Positions 1 through 11,167 are shown, numbered from the stretch's first letter. The stretch is 64,000 nucleotides of DNA from an uncultured Bacillales bacterium (GCA_945873815.1 CAMCEE010000005.1:20235-84234), one strand, 5' to 3'. Numbers and translations are program-made. The notes: generated by a model from the letters alone, not told the origin.

Positions 1-1
1 A

Positions 2-574
2 TTGAATAATGTATTAAAGAATATATATGAAAACGAAATCAGTAAAGATATTCAAAAGACGATTAATTCTGCATCAACAAAAGCACTAATTACGACGGCT
101 ATTTCACAAAATGCAAAATTTGATGCTGCATCTGTAATCATAATCAATATTAAGATGATTATGCAAATTTGTGTTAAATGCGGATATCATCCAACATATG
201 CTAGATTATCTAAATTGATAGTAAAAGTCTTTAGGAATGCGTTAATCGCTTATGCGGTTCAATCATTAAATTTAGAAGATATAATTATTAATGGCATTGA
301 TAAACTTGCAAAAGGGGCTCTTTCTGCAATTCCAGGAGTTTCTGAAATAAGTAAGAGTTTAACTCAAGGAGCATCGAATGCATTACTCACTTTAAGAGTA
401 GGTATTATCACAAGAAAATATTTGTATGAAGAATACAATATTCAAGCAATGATTGAAAACCCAGAAGATATAGAAGCGGAAATTGTAGAAGAAGCAGTTC
501 TTGAAGCAAATAATAATATTGATTCTATTGTTTTAGAATGTAAAAACGGAATGAAAAGAAAAGTGAAAGCATAA
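2..574 (+). CDS. YcjF/DUF697-family protein, C-terminal part (5' truncated by window)
   Basis: TAISQN..FDAASV and QGASNALLTLRVG resemble the DUF697/YcjF C-terminal motifs; ORF is open at the window edge. Confidence 0.6.
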   Translation: MNNVLKNIYENEISKDIQKTINSASTKALITTAISQNAKFDAASVIIINIKMIMQICVKCGYHPTYARLSKLIVKVFRNALIAYAVQSLNLEDIIINGIDKLAKGALSAIPGVSEISKSLTQGASNALLTLRVGIITRKYLYEEYNIQAMIENPEDIEAEIVEEAVLEANNNIDSIVLECKNGMKRKVKA

Positions 575-2907
575 TGAAAATAGTAAATATCTCAACCCAT
601 AGTCTAGTAGACTTCCTTTTAAGACGAGGAAGCATTGATAATCGCGTATACAATAAATCCTCAATGGCTGAAGGTACTCGAATTCATTTGCGTTACCAAC
701 AAATGCAAAATGGATCGTATTTGAGTGAACAAGAACTTATTTGCACCGTTGATTACGAGGATTATGAATTCATTATTTCAGGAAGAGCAGATGGAATCAT
801 ATTAAGAAAAGATTATCCGATAATTGATGAAATTAAATCAACAGTTATGGATTTAAATGAGTTCTATAATGAACAAAAAGATTGGCATCTAGGACAAGCA
901 AAACTTTATGCATATATGTATGCAAAGGAAAAGGAATTAGACACGATTGGAGTAAGATTAACTTACATTTCACAAAGGGATGAAGAAGATAAACTAATCC
1001 TCAATTTTAAATATGATTTATTTGAATTAGAAAAATTTGTTGTAGATTTAATTACTCAATACATGGAGTTTTATCGTCAAATAGATGCACATATAGAAGA
1101 AAGAATCTCTTCTTCAAATAGCCTTGAATTCCCATTTAAGGAATATCGTAAGGGACAAAGAGAACTCGCAAAATATGTCTATGGAACGATAATAAACGAC
1201 GATACCTTATTTATCGAAGCTCCTACAGGAATTGGAAAAACAATGTCGACACTTTTTCCTGCGGTTAAGACTTTTTCTTGTTCTAATACGGATAAAATAT
1301 TTTACTTATCTGCAAAAAAAGTAGCAAAAGATGTTGCTTTTGAGGCTTCGAAAATCTTAGTTAAAAAAGGTTTAAAAGCAAGATGTATCAAATTTTCTTC
1401 TAAAGAGAAAATGTGCATGACTGATTTAGGACATTGTAATCCAGATGAATGTCCTTTTGCCTTAGGATATTACAATAAGATAAAAGAAGTATTAAATGAA
1501 TTAATTAATAATGAGGATATAATCGATGAGACGGTGATTAATTCATATGCAATTAAATATACAGTTTGTCCTTTTGAACTTCAACTTGATGCTTCATTAT
1601 TCTCAGATATTATCATTTGTGATTATAATTATTTGTTTGATCCTTTAGTGTATTTAAAAAGGTATTTCGATGATGCGAAAACAAATTATGTGGCTTTAAT
1701 TGATGAGACGCATAACTTAGTAGATCGCTCTAGAGATATGTATTCGACTAGCATATCGCTTAAAACGCTATTAAACGTCAAATATAAGATGAAGAAATTA
1801 AAACATCCAAAATTTAAAAAAGCACTAAAAAAAGGAATCTTATATCTCTCTGAATTCAGCGAAGGAACAGATATTGTGATGGTTGAAGGAAATATTGATA
1901 TTAAACTTAATTCCATTTTGAATCAATTATTTAAACAAGGACAAGATATATTGAAGAATTATCAATCTTTTGTCAATGAAGACTTCTTGAATTTCTTCCG
2001 TGAAGTCAATGAATTTTTGAAGATATCTGAATATGTTTCGAATGATTTTAAGATGTACTATGAACGTACTATAGATGATGTAATCGTTAATATTAGATGT
2101 GTTGATTCTTCAAAATTAATCGCAAAAACTTTGAAAAAACTAAAATCAGCGGTATTCTTTTCTGCAACACTTACTCCGATTGATTATTATGTTAAGTGTT
2201 TGGGGGGAAATGAATCTACACCGGTTATCAAATTAGAATCACCTTTTCCTTCTGAACATTTACTTACACTAGTAAGAAATGATATTTCTACCCGCTATCG
2301 CGATAGAGAATTATCATATAAAAATATCGCGTTGACGATTGAAAGTGTTATTAAAAAAAGAAAAGGTAATTATTTAGTTTTCTTCTCTTCTTATCAATAT
2401 CTAGAAAATGTCTATATGCACTTGAACTTAAGCGATGATATTAATTGCATTAAGCAAACTAGAGATATGACCGATGGAGAAAGAGAGGAATTCTTATCGC
2501 ATTTCGTCATTGAACCAAATAAGACTACTTTAGGCTTAGCGGTTTTAGGTGGAGTCTTCTCAGAAGGAATTGACTTAGTGGCCGATAAATTGATTGGATC
2601 AATTATCGTAGGAGTTGGATTACCTCAAATCAGTTTTGAAAGAGATTTGATTAAAGAGCATTTCGATGAACAAGAAATGAATGGATATGATTATTCTTAT
2701 GTCAATCCGGGAATTACAAAAATCATTCAAGCCGCAGGAAGAGTGATTAGAAGTGAAAAAGATATTGGGGTAGTTGTTTTTATCGATGACCGATACACTT
2801 ATAGCAAATATCGCGATATCATCAATAAGCAATATAAAAATTGTCATTATGTTTCTTCAATTAATGAAATCGAAAGGAAACTAACGATATTTTGGCAAGA
2901 CAAATAA
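574..2907 (+). CDS. DinG/Rad3-family Fe-S DNA helicase with N-terminal PD-(D/E)xK nuclease-like domain
   Basis: N-terminal GTRIH...GRADGI...DEIKST...QAKLYAY; Q motif YRKGQ, Walker A EAPTGIGKT, Fe-S cysteines (C..CNPDECPF...CPFE), DETHN, SATL, QAAGRVIR. Confidence 0.88.
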   Translation: MKIVNISTHSLVDFLLRRGSIDNRVYNKSSMAEGTRIHLRYQQMQNGSYLSEQELICTVDYEDYEFIISGRADGIILRKDYPIIDEIKSTVMDLNEFYNEQKDWHLGQAKLYAYMYAKEKELDTIGVRLTYISQRDEEDKLILNFKYDLFELEKFVVDLITQYMEFYRQIDAHIEERISSSNSLEFPFKEYRKGQRELAKYVYGTIINDDTLFIEAPTGIGKTMSTLFPAVKTFSCSNTDKIFYLSAKKVAKDVAFEASKILVKKGLKARCIKFSSKEKMCMTDLGHCNPDECPFALGYYNKIKEVLNELINNEDIIDETVINSYAIKYTVCPFELQLDASLFSDIIICDYNYLFDPLVYLKRYFDDAKTNYVALIDETHNLVDRSRDMYSTSISLKTLLNVKYKMKKLKHPKFKKALKKGILYLSEFSEGTDIVMVEGNIDIKLNSILNQLFKQGQDILKNYQSFVNEDFLNFFREVNEFLKISEYVSNDFKMYYERTIDDVIVNIRCVDSSKLIAKTLKKLKSAVFFSATLTPIDYYVKCLGGNESTPVIKLESPFPSEHLLTLVRNDISTRYRDRELSYKNIALTIESVIKKRKGNYLVFFSSYQYLENVYMHLNLSDDINCIKQTRDMTDGEREEFLSHFVIEPNKTTLGLAVLGGVFSEGIDLVADKLIGSIIVGVGLPQISFERDLIKEHFDEQEMNGYDYSYVNPGITKIIQAAGRVIRSEKDIGVVVFIDDRYTYSKYRDIINKQYKNCHYVSSINEIERKLTIFWQDK

Positions 2908-2970
2908 AATAAATTGAAATATATCTTTTTATAAGATATCTTTATATAGAATGAGAAAGGAAGTGAGAGT

Positions 2971-4785
2971 ATGAATTACGATAATGAACATATAAGAAAT
3001 TTTTGTATTATCGCTCATATCGATCATGGTAAATCTACTTTAGCAGATAGAATTTTAGAACTTACGGAAACGGTTTCTAAAAGAGAAATGAAGAATCAAA
3101 TTCTCGACTCTCTTGATTTGGAAAGAGAAAGAGGAATTACTATTAAGTTGAATGCAGTTAGTTTAAAATACACTTCTAAAAATGGAGAAGAGTACCTATT
3201 TAATCTAATCGATACTCCGGGACATGTCGACTTTAGCTATGAGGTTAGTAGATCTCTTGCCGCATGTGAAGGTGCTTTACTTGTTGTTGATTCTACTCAA
3301 GGAGTGGAAGCACAAACTCTTGCGAATGTATATTTAGCACTTGATAACGATTTAGAGATAATACCTGTAATAAATAAGGTTGATTTACCAAGTGCAAACG
3401 TTGAAGGAACGAAAAAAGAAATCGAAGATACAATTGGTTTACCTTGTGATGAAGCTTGTTTAGTTTCAGCTAAAACGGGATTAAATGTTGATAAAGTTTT
3501 AGAAGAAATCATCACTAAGATTCCAGGACCAAAAGGTAATAAAAATGATAAATTTAGAGCCCTCATTTTCGATTCATTCTACGATTCATATCGTGGGGTT
3601 ATTGCTCAAATTCGCGTAAAAGAAGGATCGGTAAAAGTGGGAGATAAGATCCTATTAATGAATACTAATCTTGATTATACGGTCGAAGAAATGGGTATTA
3701 GAACTCCAAAAGAAGTAAAAACAAACGAATTAGTCGCGGGGGAAGTAGGATGGTTATCCGCACAAATAAAAGATATTGTCGATGTTCGTCCAGGTGATAC
3801 AATCACTTTAAAAAATGATCCTGCTAGTGAACCTCTAGCTGGATATAAAGCAATGAATCCTATGGTTTATTGCGGTCTTTATCCATGCGATTCAAAAAAA
3901 TATTTAGATTTAAAAGATGCATTAGAGAAATTAAAATTAAACGATGCTTCGTTAACTTATGAACCAGAAACCTCTCAAGCTTTAGGATTTGGTTTTAGAT
4001 GTGGATTTTTAGGACTACTTCATATGGATGTCATCCAAGAAAGATTGGAAAGAGAGTATAACATCAACCTTATTTTAACTGCACCAAGCGTCATTTATCA
4101 CGTTTATAAATATGATGGAACGATGGTTGAACTTGATAACCCTGCAAAAATGCCAGACTTAACGACAGTAAAAGATATTGAAGAACCTTATGTTGAAGCT
4201 AAGATTATGACTCCAAATGAATATGTTGGATCAATTATGAAATTATGCCAAGAAAGAAGGGGTACATACGTTTCACTCGACTATCTTGATTCTACTAGAA
4301 TGCAATTAACATATAATATTCCTCTTGCAGAAATCATCTATAACTTCTTTGATAAACTTAAATCTTATTCTAGAGGTTACGCTTCACTTGATTACCATAT
4401 TATTGGGTATCAAGTAAGTAAACTTTGTAAGATGGATATCTTATTAAATGGAGAGTCTATTGATGCTCTTTCATCTATCGTTCATCGCGATTTTGCATAT
4501 AATCGTGGTAATCAAATCGTAAGAAAATTGAAAGATTTAATTCCAAGACAACAATTTGAAGTACCAATTCAAGCTGCGATTGGAGGAAAAATCATTGCAA
4601 GAAGTGATATTAAGGCTGTTAGAAAGGATGTTCTTGCAAAGTGTTATGGTGGAGATATATCTCGTAAAAAGAAACTTCTTGAAAAACAAAAAGAAGGTAA
4701 AAAACGTATGAAAGCAATCGGTAGCGTTGAAGTTCCACAAGAAGCATTTATGGCTATTTTGTCGGTTGATGATGATGAAGAGTAG
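2971..4785 (+). CDS. lepA: Elongation factor 4 (LepA)
   Basis: [53 protein letters not shown]. Confidence 0.99.
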   Translation: MNYDNEHIRNFCIIAHIDHGKSTLADRILELTETVSKREMKNQILDSLDLERERGITIKLNAVSLKYTSKNGEEYLFNLIDTPGHVDFSYEVSRSLAACEGALLVVDSTQGVEAQTLANVYLALDNDLEIIPVINKVDLPSANVEGTKKEIEDTIGLPCDEACLVSAKTGLNVDKVLEEIITKIPGPKGNKNDKFRALIFDSFYDSYRGVIAQIRVKEGSVKVGDKILLMNTNLDYTVEEMGIRTPKEVKTNELVAGEVGWLSAQIKDIVDVRPGDTITLKNDPASEPLAGYKAMNPMVYCGLYPCDSKKYLDLKDALEKLKLNDASLTYEPETSQALGFGFRCGFLGLLHMDVIQERLEREYNINLILTAPSVIYHVYKYDGTMVELDNPAKMPDLTTVKDIEEPYVEAKIMTPNEYVGSIMKLCQERRGTYVSLDYLDSTRMQLTYNIPLAEIIYNFFDKLKSYSRGYASLDYHIIGYQVSKLCKMDILLNGESIDALSSIVHRDFAYNRGNQIVRKLKDLIPRQQFEVPIQAAIGGKIIARSDIKAVRKDVLAKCYGGDISRKKKLLEKQKEGKKRMKAIGSVEVPQEAFMAILSVDDDEE

Positions 4786-4828
4786 ATTGTAGCGAAATTT
4801 GCTAGTAAAAAATTAGTAAATTATTAGT

Positions 4829-4856
4829 AAGCCTCTTGTCTATGAGGCTTTTTTTA
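4829..4856 (+). terminator. Intrinsic terminator after lepA
   Basis: AAGCCTC-N8-GAGGCTT followed by a T run. Confidence 0.7.
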
Positions 4857-4886
4857 TTATAAAATTAATAAAGGATGGTGATTTTT

Positions 4887-6317
4887 ATGGAGAAAGATCA
4901 TGGTATTAGATTTAGTGACGAAATATATGCAACTAAAGATGATGTTAAGCGCGCGCTAAATATGTCTAGTATTGATTCAATTTGGGAGAAAGTTACTACG
5001 TATCGTTCATATTATTTGCATCAAACTCCTTTAAAAAATGTTGAAAGAGTTCCTTTTAGTGTCGTTCTTCCACCTAGATTAACTAGCAATATTGTTTCTC
5101 TTGAAAAGAGAATGTCTAAATTGCTTATCAAATATTCGCGTCATGGTTCTTTTGGTAGTGAAGTGATAAGAGATTTTGATAGGAAAGAATACACAAATAT
5201 TTTACGTATTTTAGCTGAAATTAATGAGATAAATATTGGTGAAGATACGCTTAGAGCGATAATCGACGAATCATTACCAACTATTCCAGTTGAATATCTT
5301 GTCATTAATAATTATTATTTAACACTAAAATATTACAAAAATAGATATGCTGGACCAATCAGCCCTATGCTAATTTGTTCGATGTATTCACAATTATTAC
5401 ATACTGATTTTGATCCTACATCATTAGTTTCTTATTATCGTAAAACTGAATTGAATGATAAAGCAGATCATGTGTTTATTGGAAGACATTACGAGGCTGC
5501 ACCAATTGATAGGATTGATGAGATGCTTTCTTCTTTATGTGATTTTTTAAACACTTCGTCATTATTTGGAATCGTTAAGTCAGTTATTGCATATTTCTAC
5601 ATATTGTATATTAAACCTTTTGATGATTTTAACGAAGAGATTGCAATTCTAACGATGAAATATGTTTTAGCTCATTGCGATAATGAAGATATTGCAACGT
5701 TCTTATCCTTAGAAGAATTGCTTCAAAAAGATAGAAAAAACTATATTAAATCATTAAATCTTGAATCAGAAATGAAATTGGATTTTACATATATTTTAAG
5801 CTATATTGTTCAACTTATTGATGAGATGGTCGCAGATATTGAAAATAATATTCAAAGCCTTGATGCGATATTGTTATTTCAAGAACAAAGAAGAGAAGAC
5901 CATCCAAGCGTTGAACAACATGTTCGTCAAATCCTAGTTTCTCCTTCTCCTCAAATTGAGAAACAAGAAGATAATGAAGAGGAACAAATAATGGAAGTGA
6001 AAGCTTCACCTTCATATAATGTTGAAAGAAAAGTTGCTCTTCCTGTTCTTCCTGTAGGACTTGATGAAAATGATGCTGAACTTGTTGCACAACATCTTAT
6101 TGAATTATATCCAACGATGAGAAAAAACCAAGCTGAATTCTATGCACGTCATTGTACGATTGGTAAATATTATACGATTAGTCAATATAAAAAAGAGCAA
6201 AATGTTGCTTATGAAACGGCAAGAACAAGCATGGATAACCTAGTTAATTTAGGTTTTTATAAAAAAGAAAATATTAGAAATAAGTTTGTTTACACGCCAA
6301 CTTTAAAAGATAATTAG
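4887..6317 (+). CDS. Fic/Fido-fold protein with degenerate catalytic motif and probable C-terminal winged HTH
   Basis: AYFYILYIKPFDDFNEEIA aligns to the Fic motif HPFxDGNGRxxR; C-terminal YTISQY...VAYETARTSMDNLVNLG is HTH-like; alternative start at 4875. Confidence 0.7.
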   Translation: MEKDHGIRFSDEIYATKDDVKRALNMSSIDSIWEKVTTYRSYYLHQTPLKNVERVPFSVVLPPRLTSNIVSLEKRMSKLLIKYSRHGSFGSEVIRDFDRKEYTNILRILAEINEINIGEDTLRAIIDESLPTIPVEYLVINNYYLTLKYYKNRYAGPISPMLICSMYSQLLHTDFDPTSLVSYYRKTELNDKADHVFIGRHYEAAPIDRIDEMLSSLCDFLNTSSLFGIVKSVIAYFYILYIKPFDDFNEEIAILTMKYVLAHCDNEDIATFLSLEELLQKDRKNYIKSLNLESEMKLDFTYILSYIVQLIDEMVADIENNIQSLDAILLFQEQRREDHPSVEQHVRQILVSPSPQIEKQEDNEEEQIMEVKASPSYNVERKVALPVLPVGLDENDAELVAQHLIELYPTMRKNQAEFYARHCTIGKYYTISQYKKEQNVAYETARTSMDNLVNLGFYKKENIRNKFVYTPTLKDN

Positions 6318-6327
6318 GAGGAGACTT

Positions 6328-6537
6328 ATGCGTTTATTAGAAGCAAATCCAGGATTGAATGTCGTATGGATTTTACTTGGAGCAATAGGCTTAGGATTAA
6401 TAGTATTTTTATTAAGAAAATTTATTCCTGGATTAAAAGGAGAAGATACTATTGAGGATGAAAAGAAAGTCGCAGAAGACAATGTAAAAAGAAGGATAGT
6501 TGAATATAAAGAAGAAGAGAAGGATGAAGAAGAATAG
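6328..6537 (+). CDS. Small single-TM membrane protein with acidic C-terminus
   Basis: Strong SD (AGGAGG) upstream, one hydrophobic helix, overlaps the hemW start. Confidence 0.7.
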   Translation: MRLLEANPGLNVVWILLGAIGLGLIVFLLRKFIPGLKGEDTIEDEKKVAEDNVKRRIVEYKEEEKDEEE

Positions 6538-7585
6538 AGGATTATACATTCATATTCCATTCTGTACTCATCTATGCTCTTATTGTGATTTTTCGAAATT
6601 ATTATATGATAAAGATTTAGTAAAAAGATATCTTGATGAATTAAATCTTGAATTGCAAGAAAGAAAGATTAAAGATATTACGTCTATTTATATTGGTGGA
6701 GGAACTCCAACGAGTTTAGATGAAGAAGAATTGGAATATCTTTTAAAGATGATTGATGAATTTTTCATTGAAGGGATTTCTTATACGATTGAAGCTAATG
6801 TTGAAAATCTCACTCCAAATAAAATTAAAATATTAAAAAAACATGGTATTAATCGCATATCGCTTGGAGTTCAAACATTTGATGATAATCTACTAAAATT
6901 AATCAATCGCTTTCATTCTTATAATGATACAAAAAGAGTAATTAATGAAATCGTAGAGAATGGGATTAATGATATAAATATCGATTTAATTTATGGCCTT
7001 CCTTTGGAAGATATGAATCTATTAAAAAAGGATCTAGATATCGCGATGACTTTACCTCTTACTCATATTTCAACTTATTCACTTATGATAAATAAGAATA
7101 CAAAGATGTACATTGATGGATGGAAAGAAAAAGATGAAGATGAGATTCGAAAGATGTATGATTATATTGTTTCGTATTTAAAAGAACATGGATTTAATCG
7201 ATATGAAGTAAGTAATTTTTCAAAAGATGGTTACGAATCAAAGCATAATTTAATTTATTGGCATAATGAAGAATATTATGGGGTAGGGTTAGGTGCTTCT
7301 GGCTATATTGATGGAATTAGATATACAAATACAAAATCTATCAATAAATATCTTAATCATATGAGAAACTATGAAAGCGAAATATTAAAAGAAGATGATA
7401 TTTGTTTCTATGATGTAATGTTGGGATTAAGGTTAAAGGAAGGAATTCTAGAAAATAAAATTATTAATAAGGAAAAGATGAATGAATTAATAAGGCGCAA
7501 TCTATTAGTAAGATGTGAAAATAGAATTAGAGTGAACGATGAATATTTATTTATATTAGATTATATTTTAAAAGAATTGTTGTAG
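6524..7585 (+). CDS. hemW: HemN-like radical SAM heme chaperone HemW
   Basis: LYIHIPFC.HLCSYCDF (CxxxCxxC), IYIGGGTP, YEVSNF, HNLIYW. Confidence 0.9.
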   Translation: MKKNRGLYIHIPFCTHLCSYCDFSKLLYDKDLVKRYLDELNLELQERKIKDITSIYIGGGTPTSLDEEELEYLLKMIDEFFIEGISYTIEANVENLTPNKIKILKKHGINRISLGVQTFDDNLLKLINRFHSYNDTKRVINEIVENGINDINIDLIYGLPLEDMNLLKKDLDIAMTLPLTHISTYSLMINKNTKMYIDGWKEKDEDEIRKMYDYIVSYLKEHGFNRYEVSNFSKDGYESKHNLIYWHNEEYYGVGLGASGYIDGIRYTNTKSINKYLNHMRNYESEILKEDDICFYDVMLGLRLKEGILENKIINKEKMNELIRRNLLVRCENRIRVNDEYLFILDYILKELL

Positions 7586-7596
7586 AGAGGAGTAGT

Positions 7597-8004
7597 ATGC
7601 AAATTGCTAGTTTTGAAAAGAGATTATTAGCTTTTATTATTGATTATGGGATTGGTATAGCGTTAGGTGTCCTATTATATTTTTTTGTGTTTAATGGATT
7701 ACTTGGATGGCATATTGCTTATATATTTGTCATAATTCTTGTGACATTATTCATCTATTATGCTTTGATTGTGGATTTGATTACGTATTTTACGAATGGT
7801 TATTCTATTGGAAATTTTATTGTTGGAATTAAAATGGTTTCAATCAAATTCCATAGGTTGTCATTTAGACAAATTCTTGTTAAGTATATTTCTTTATCAT
7901 TATTACCTTGTTGCATGATAAATGCTGTATACATGCTTCTTAAACATACAGAAAAAACAATATTTGATGAATTGAGTCATACTGTTAGTATTTCAATAAG
8001 ATAA
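7597..8004 (+). CDS. RDD-family membrane protein
   Basis: ASFEKRLLAFIID, GYSIG..IVGIK, TIFDELSHT motifs. Confidence 0.8.
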   Translation: MQIASFEKRLLAFIIDYGIGIALGVLLYFFVFNGLLGWHIAYIFVIILVTLFIYYALIVDLITYFTNGYSIGNFIVGIKMVSIKFHRLSFRQILVKYISLSLLPCCMINAVYMLLKHTEKTIFDELSHTVSISIR

Positions 8005-8014
8005 GGAGGCAGTT

Positions 8015-8377
8015 ATGAAATTATTAGGAAATCTTATATGGTTAATTTTTGGTGGATTATTATGGAGTCTTGCTTTAACTATCATGGGAGTCTTATGTTG
8101 CGTTACTATTATTGGGATTCCAATGGGTGTGCAACTTTTCAAGATGGCAGGATTTGTTCTTTTACCTTTTGGAAAAACAGTTACTCCATCTAAACCATCA
8201 GGTCTTAAACTTGTATTAAACGTTATTTGGGCAATATTCTTTGGATGGGAAATTGCGTTAGGTTTCTTAGCTACAGGATTAGTTTATTGCATTACAATTA
8301 TTGGAATTCCATTTGGTATTCAATATTTTAAACTAGCTTCATTTGTTATATTGCCATTAGGACAAGATTTCAGATAA
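8015..8377 (+). CDS. YccF-domain inner membrane protein
   Basis: Two internal repeats N.IW..F.G...TIIGIP.G.Q.FK.A...LLPFG. Confidence 0.9.
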   Translation: MKLLGNLIWLIFGGLLWSLALTIMGVLCCVTIIGIPMGVQLFKMAGFVLLPFGKTVTPSKPSGLKLVLNVIWAIFFGWEIALGFLATGLVYCITIIGIPFGIQYFKLASFVILPLGQDFR

Positions 8378-8409
8378 TAACTATTTTTTATCAAATTTTT
8401 CAAAAACGC

Positions 8410-8438
8410 TTGAAATATTTGATTTTTTTCAATATACT
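8410..8438 (+). promoter_or_regulatory. Sigma-A promoter for riboswitch/ABC operon
   Basis: TTGAAA-17 bp-TATACT. Confidence 0.7.
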
Positions 8439-8454
8439 CAAAAACATAAATTGG

Positions 8455-8615
8455 ATTGGATAGAGGAGCAACACAGAATAGTATTTACTGGAGAAGGCGT
8501 TCGATGAAAGTAAAGAAAGGCAAGGTTGCCGAAACAATATGAAGGCATTCATATATGTTGGGATGTAGTATAAGATATTACATACTCCTACATTATTTGT
8601 AGAGGCGCTATTAAT
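8455..8615 (+). ncRNA. Lysine riboswitch (L-box) aptamer
   Basis: Ordered consensus blocks AGAGGnGC...AGTA...GAAAGG...GCCGAA...TGGG...ACT...GCGCTA, with P1 ATAG/CTAT, located upstream of an amino-acid ABC transporter. Confidence 0.88.
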
Positions 8616-8630
8616 GAACGTTGATTTCTT

Positions 8631-8665
8631 AGATTGTATCATTAATAGGTGATGCAATCTTTTTT
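8631..8665 (+). terminator. Riboswitch expression-platform terminator
   Basis: AGATTGTATCA-loop-TGATGCAATCT followed by TTTTT, between aptamer and RBS. Confidence 0.8.
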
Positions 8666-8682
8666 AAAAGAAGGAGACGTAT

Positions 8683-9552
8683 ATGAAGAAAAATTTATTA
8701 AGAAGTGCACTATTAGTATCATTATGTGCAGCAGGAGTTTCAGGATTTTCATCCTGTGGTGGAAATGTAGTTAAAGGACTTGATGATGGAGTTTTAACTA
8801 TTGGACTTGAATGTGATTATGCTCCATTTAACTGGACTACATCGGTTGAAAGTGAACACACATTACCAATTTCAAATTCTGCAGGTAATTTTGCAGATGG
8901 GTACGACATCAATTTTGCAAAAAAATTAGGCGAACAATTAAATGTAGAAGTAAAGATTGTTAAATTAGAATGGAGCGCATTAATCGTCAATCTTAATAGC
9001 AATGTTATCGATTGTATTATCGCTGGTATGACCGATACAGAGGAAAGAAGAGAATCCATTGATTTTACTAACGAATACTATCGTAGTGAATTAGTATTTA
9101 TAACCCAAAAATCTATATCTGATTCATATCAAAATCAAGTATTGTCAAATGAACAAATTAATACTGTATTTGGAGGAAAGAACTTAATAAGCCAAGTTTC
9201 AACTGTTACAGATGAAGTTTTAGATATTTTTGCAACAAATTATAATTCTGTTCATTTAACACCGGTTGAAACATTTGCTCGTGCAGCAAACGATGTAGTT
9301 ACTGGTGCAGCATTTGCAATGTCTGCAGAATTACCTGTTGCTCAAGCAATCTGTTCACAAAATGACGGTTTAGGTATAGTTCACGTTAATCAAGAAGTAC
9401 TTGGTTCATATTTAAGTGAATTAGGAGTTTCAGTTGGTATAAGAAAAGGTGATAATGAATTGAAAGATGCAATTAATAATGTACTAGCATCATATGATAC
9501 TGCAGCAAGAGTAAATGATATGACTAGTGCAAATGAAAGGGTTAGCGCATAA
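8683..9552 (+). CDS. Polar amino-acid (probably lysine) ABC transporter substrate-binding lipoprotein
   Basis: Signal peptide with lipobox-like SSC; IGLECDYAPFNW, GYDI, IIAGM..TEERRESIDF. Confidence 0.9.
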   Translation: MKKNLLRSALLVSLCAAGVSGFSSCGGNVVKGLDDGVLTIGLECDYAPFNWTTSVESEHTLPISNSAGNFADGYDINFAKKLGEQLNVEVKIVKLEWSALIVNLNSNVIDCIIAGMTDTEERRESIDFTNEYYRSELVFITQKSISDSYQNQVLSNEQINTVFGGKNLISQVSTVTDEVLDIFATNYNSVHLTPVETFARAANDVVTGAAFAMSAELPVAQAICSQNDGLGIVHVNQEVLGSYLSELGVSVGIRKGDNELKDAINNVLASYDTAARVNDMTSANERVSA

Positions 9553-10349
9553 TGTTTCTTTCAAATGTATTTGACGATGTTGGAAGTTTACTCGCAAAAG
9601 AAGAATACGTTAATTGGATATTACAAGGTCTTGCTGGCACAGTTGTAATTGCTTTAATTGGTACTCTTGGAGGTCTTCTAATCGGTATCTTCTTAGCTTT
9701 TGGAAAAAGGTTAGTAATCGAAAAGAATTCTCCTTGGTATCAAAAATTGTGGAAATATCCTCTTAGATGGCTTGCAACTGTTTATTCAGTTATCGTTAGA
9801 GGAACCCCAATGATGGTTCAAGCTTTGCTATTTCAACAATTATTCCTCTTATTTGGCGTTAATTTTAATAATATATGGAATGATGTTCCAGTATTCAATG
9901 GTTGGTTTTTAGCTGGCTCTATAATCATTGTTCTTAATACTACCGCTTATATGGGAGAGATTATCATCGCAGGATTAAATGGTGTTGGACAAGATCAAAT
10001 CGAAGGAGCAAAAGCTTTAGGAATGAATGATTTTCAAATCTTGATTCATGTTACATTACCTCAAGCAATTAAGAATTCAATTCCAACTATTGGAAATGAA
10101 TTAATTGTAAATATCAAAGATTCGTCTGTTTTAAATGTTATTAGTGTTACTGAACTGTTCTTTCAAGCAAAGACAATTGCAGGGAAATCATATAAATACA
10201 TGGCAATTTACCTTATTATTGCAGCATGCTACTTATTATTAACATTATTAGCAACAGCAATACTAAAAATCGTTAGTATGAAATTAGAAGGAAAGAAGAT
10301 AAATTGGAGTTTCTTCCATTATTCGAATCCTAAAATGAAAGGAGATTAA
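9552..10349 (+). CDS. Amino-acid ABC transporter permease
   Basis: [11 protein letters not shown]-like loop [16 protein letters not shown]. Confidence 0.93.
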   Translation: MFLSNVFDDVGSLLAKEEYVNWILQGLAGTVVIALIGTLGGLLIGIFLAFGKRLVIEKNSPWYQKLWKYPLRWLATVYSVIVRGTPMMVQALLFQQLFLLFGVNFNNIWNDVPVFNGWFLAGSIIIVLNTTAYMGEIIIAGLNGVGQDQIEGAKALGMNDFQILIHVTLPQAIKNSIPTIGNELIVNIKDSSVLNVISVTELFFQAKTIAGKSYKYMAIYLIIAACYLLLTLLATAILKIVSMKLEGKKINWSFFHYSNPKMKGD

Positions 10350-10354
10350 TCGTT

Positions 10355-11128
10355 ATGAAGAAGAATTTATCAGTTTTCGATATTGATGATTATAAAGATC
10401 CGATCATTTCAATTGAACATTTAAAGAAGAATTTTGATAATACCGAAGTTTTAAAAGATGTTTCTTTTACTGTTAATAAGGGTGAATGCGTAGTTATTAT
10501 TGGTTCATCTGGCTCAGGTAAATCAACGATGTTAAGATGTATTAATCTTCTAGAAAGACCAACATCTGGTTCTATTAAATTTAAGGGAATAGACATACTT
10601 GATAAAAATATTCCTGTTAATAAATTAAGAGAAAAAGTTTCGATGGTTTTTCAATCCTTTGATTTATTCAATAATATGAATGTTTTGAAGAATTGTATTA
10701 TTGGACAAACTAAAGTACTTAAAAGAAATCCTCTCGAGGCTAAAAAGATTGCGCTTGATAATCTTACTAAGGTTGGAATGATTGATAGAAAAGATTTTAA
10801 GATAAGTGAAATATCGGGTGGACAAAAACAACGTGTTGCAATTGCAAGAGCTCTATCAATGTCTCCAGATGTTATTCTATTTGATGAACCTACTAGTGCA
10901 CTAGATCCTGAGATGGTTGGAGAAGTCCTTGGAGTAATGAAGGAACTAGCTAAAGAAGGAATGACGATGATTGTGGTAACTCACGAAATGGCTTTTGCAC
11001 GTGATGTTGCAGATAAGGTTATCTTTATGGATAATGGTTACATCGTTGAAACGGGTACATCAGAAGAAATATTCTCATCCCCAAAAGAAGAAAGAACAAG
11101 AGAATTTTTATCTCGTTATATTGGATAG
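10355..11128 (+). CDS. Amino-acid ABC transporter ATP-binding protein (GlnQ-like)
   Basis: [34 protein letters not shown]. Confidence 0.95.
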   Translation: MKKNLSVFDIDDYKDPIISIEHLKKNFDNTEVLKDVSFTVNKGECVVIIGSSGSGKSTMLRCINLLERPTSGSIKFKGIDILDKNIPVNKLREKVSMVFQSFDLFNNMNVLKNCIIGQTKVLKRNPLEAKKIALDNLTKVGMIDRKDFKISEISGGQKQRVAIARALSMSPDVILFDEPTSALDPEMVGEVLGVMKELAKEGMTMIVVTHEMAFARDVADKVIFMDNGYIVETGTSEEIFSSPKEERTREFLSRYIG

Positions 11129-11137
11129 AATTATATG

Positions 11138-11167
11138 AGGCCACTTTATAAGGTGACCTTTTTTTTT
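11138..11167 (+). terminator. Intrinsic terminator after ABC operon
   Basis: AGG-C-CACTT/AGGTG-A-CCT imperfect hairpin followed by a long T run. Confidence 0.65.

Noticed and set aside
574..1100. Cas4-like nuclease domain fused to DinG suggesting a type IV CRISPR system
   Set aside because: No CRISPR array or other cas genes in the window; this nuclease-helicase fusion is a common stand-alone Bacillota gene
8400..8657. 85-aa minus-strand ORF
   Set aside because: Antisense to the promoter and lysine riboswitch; no protein features
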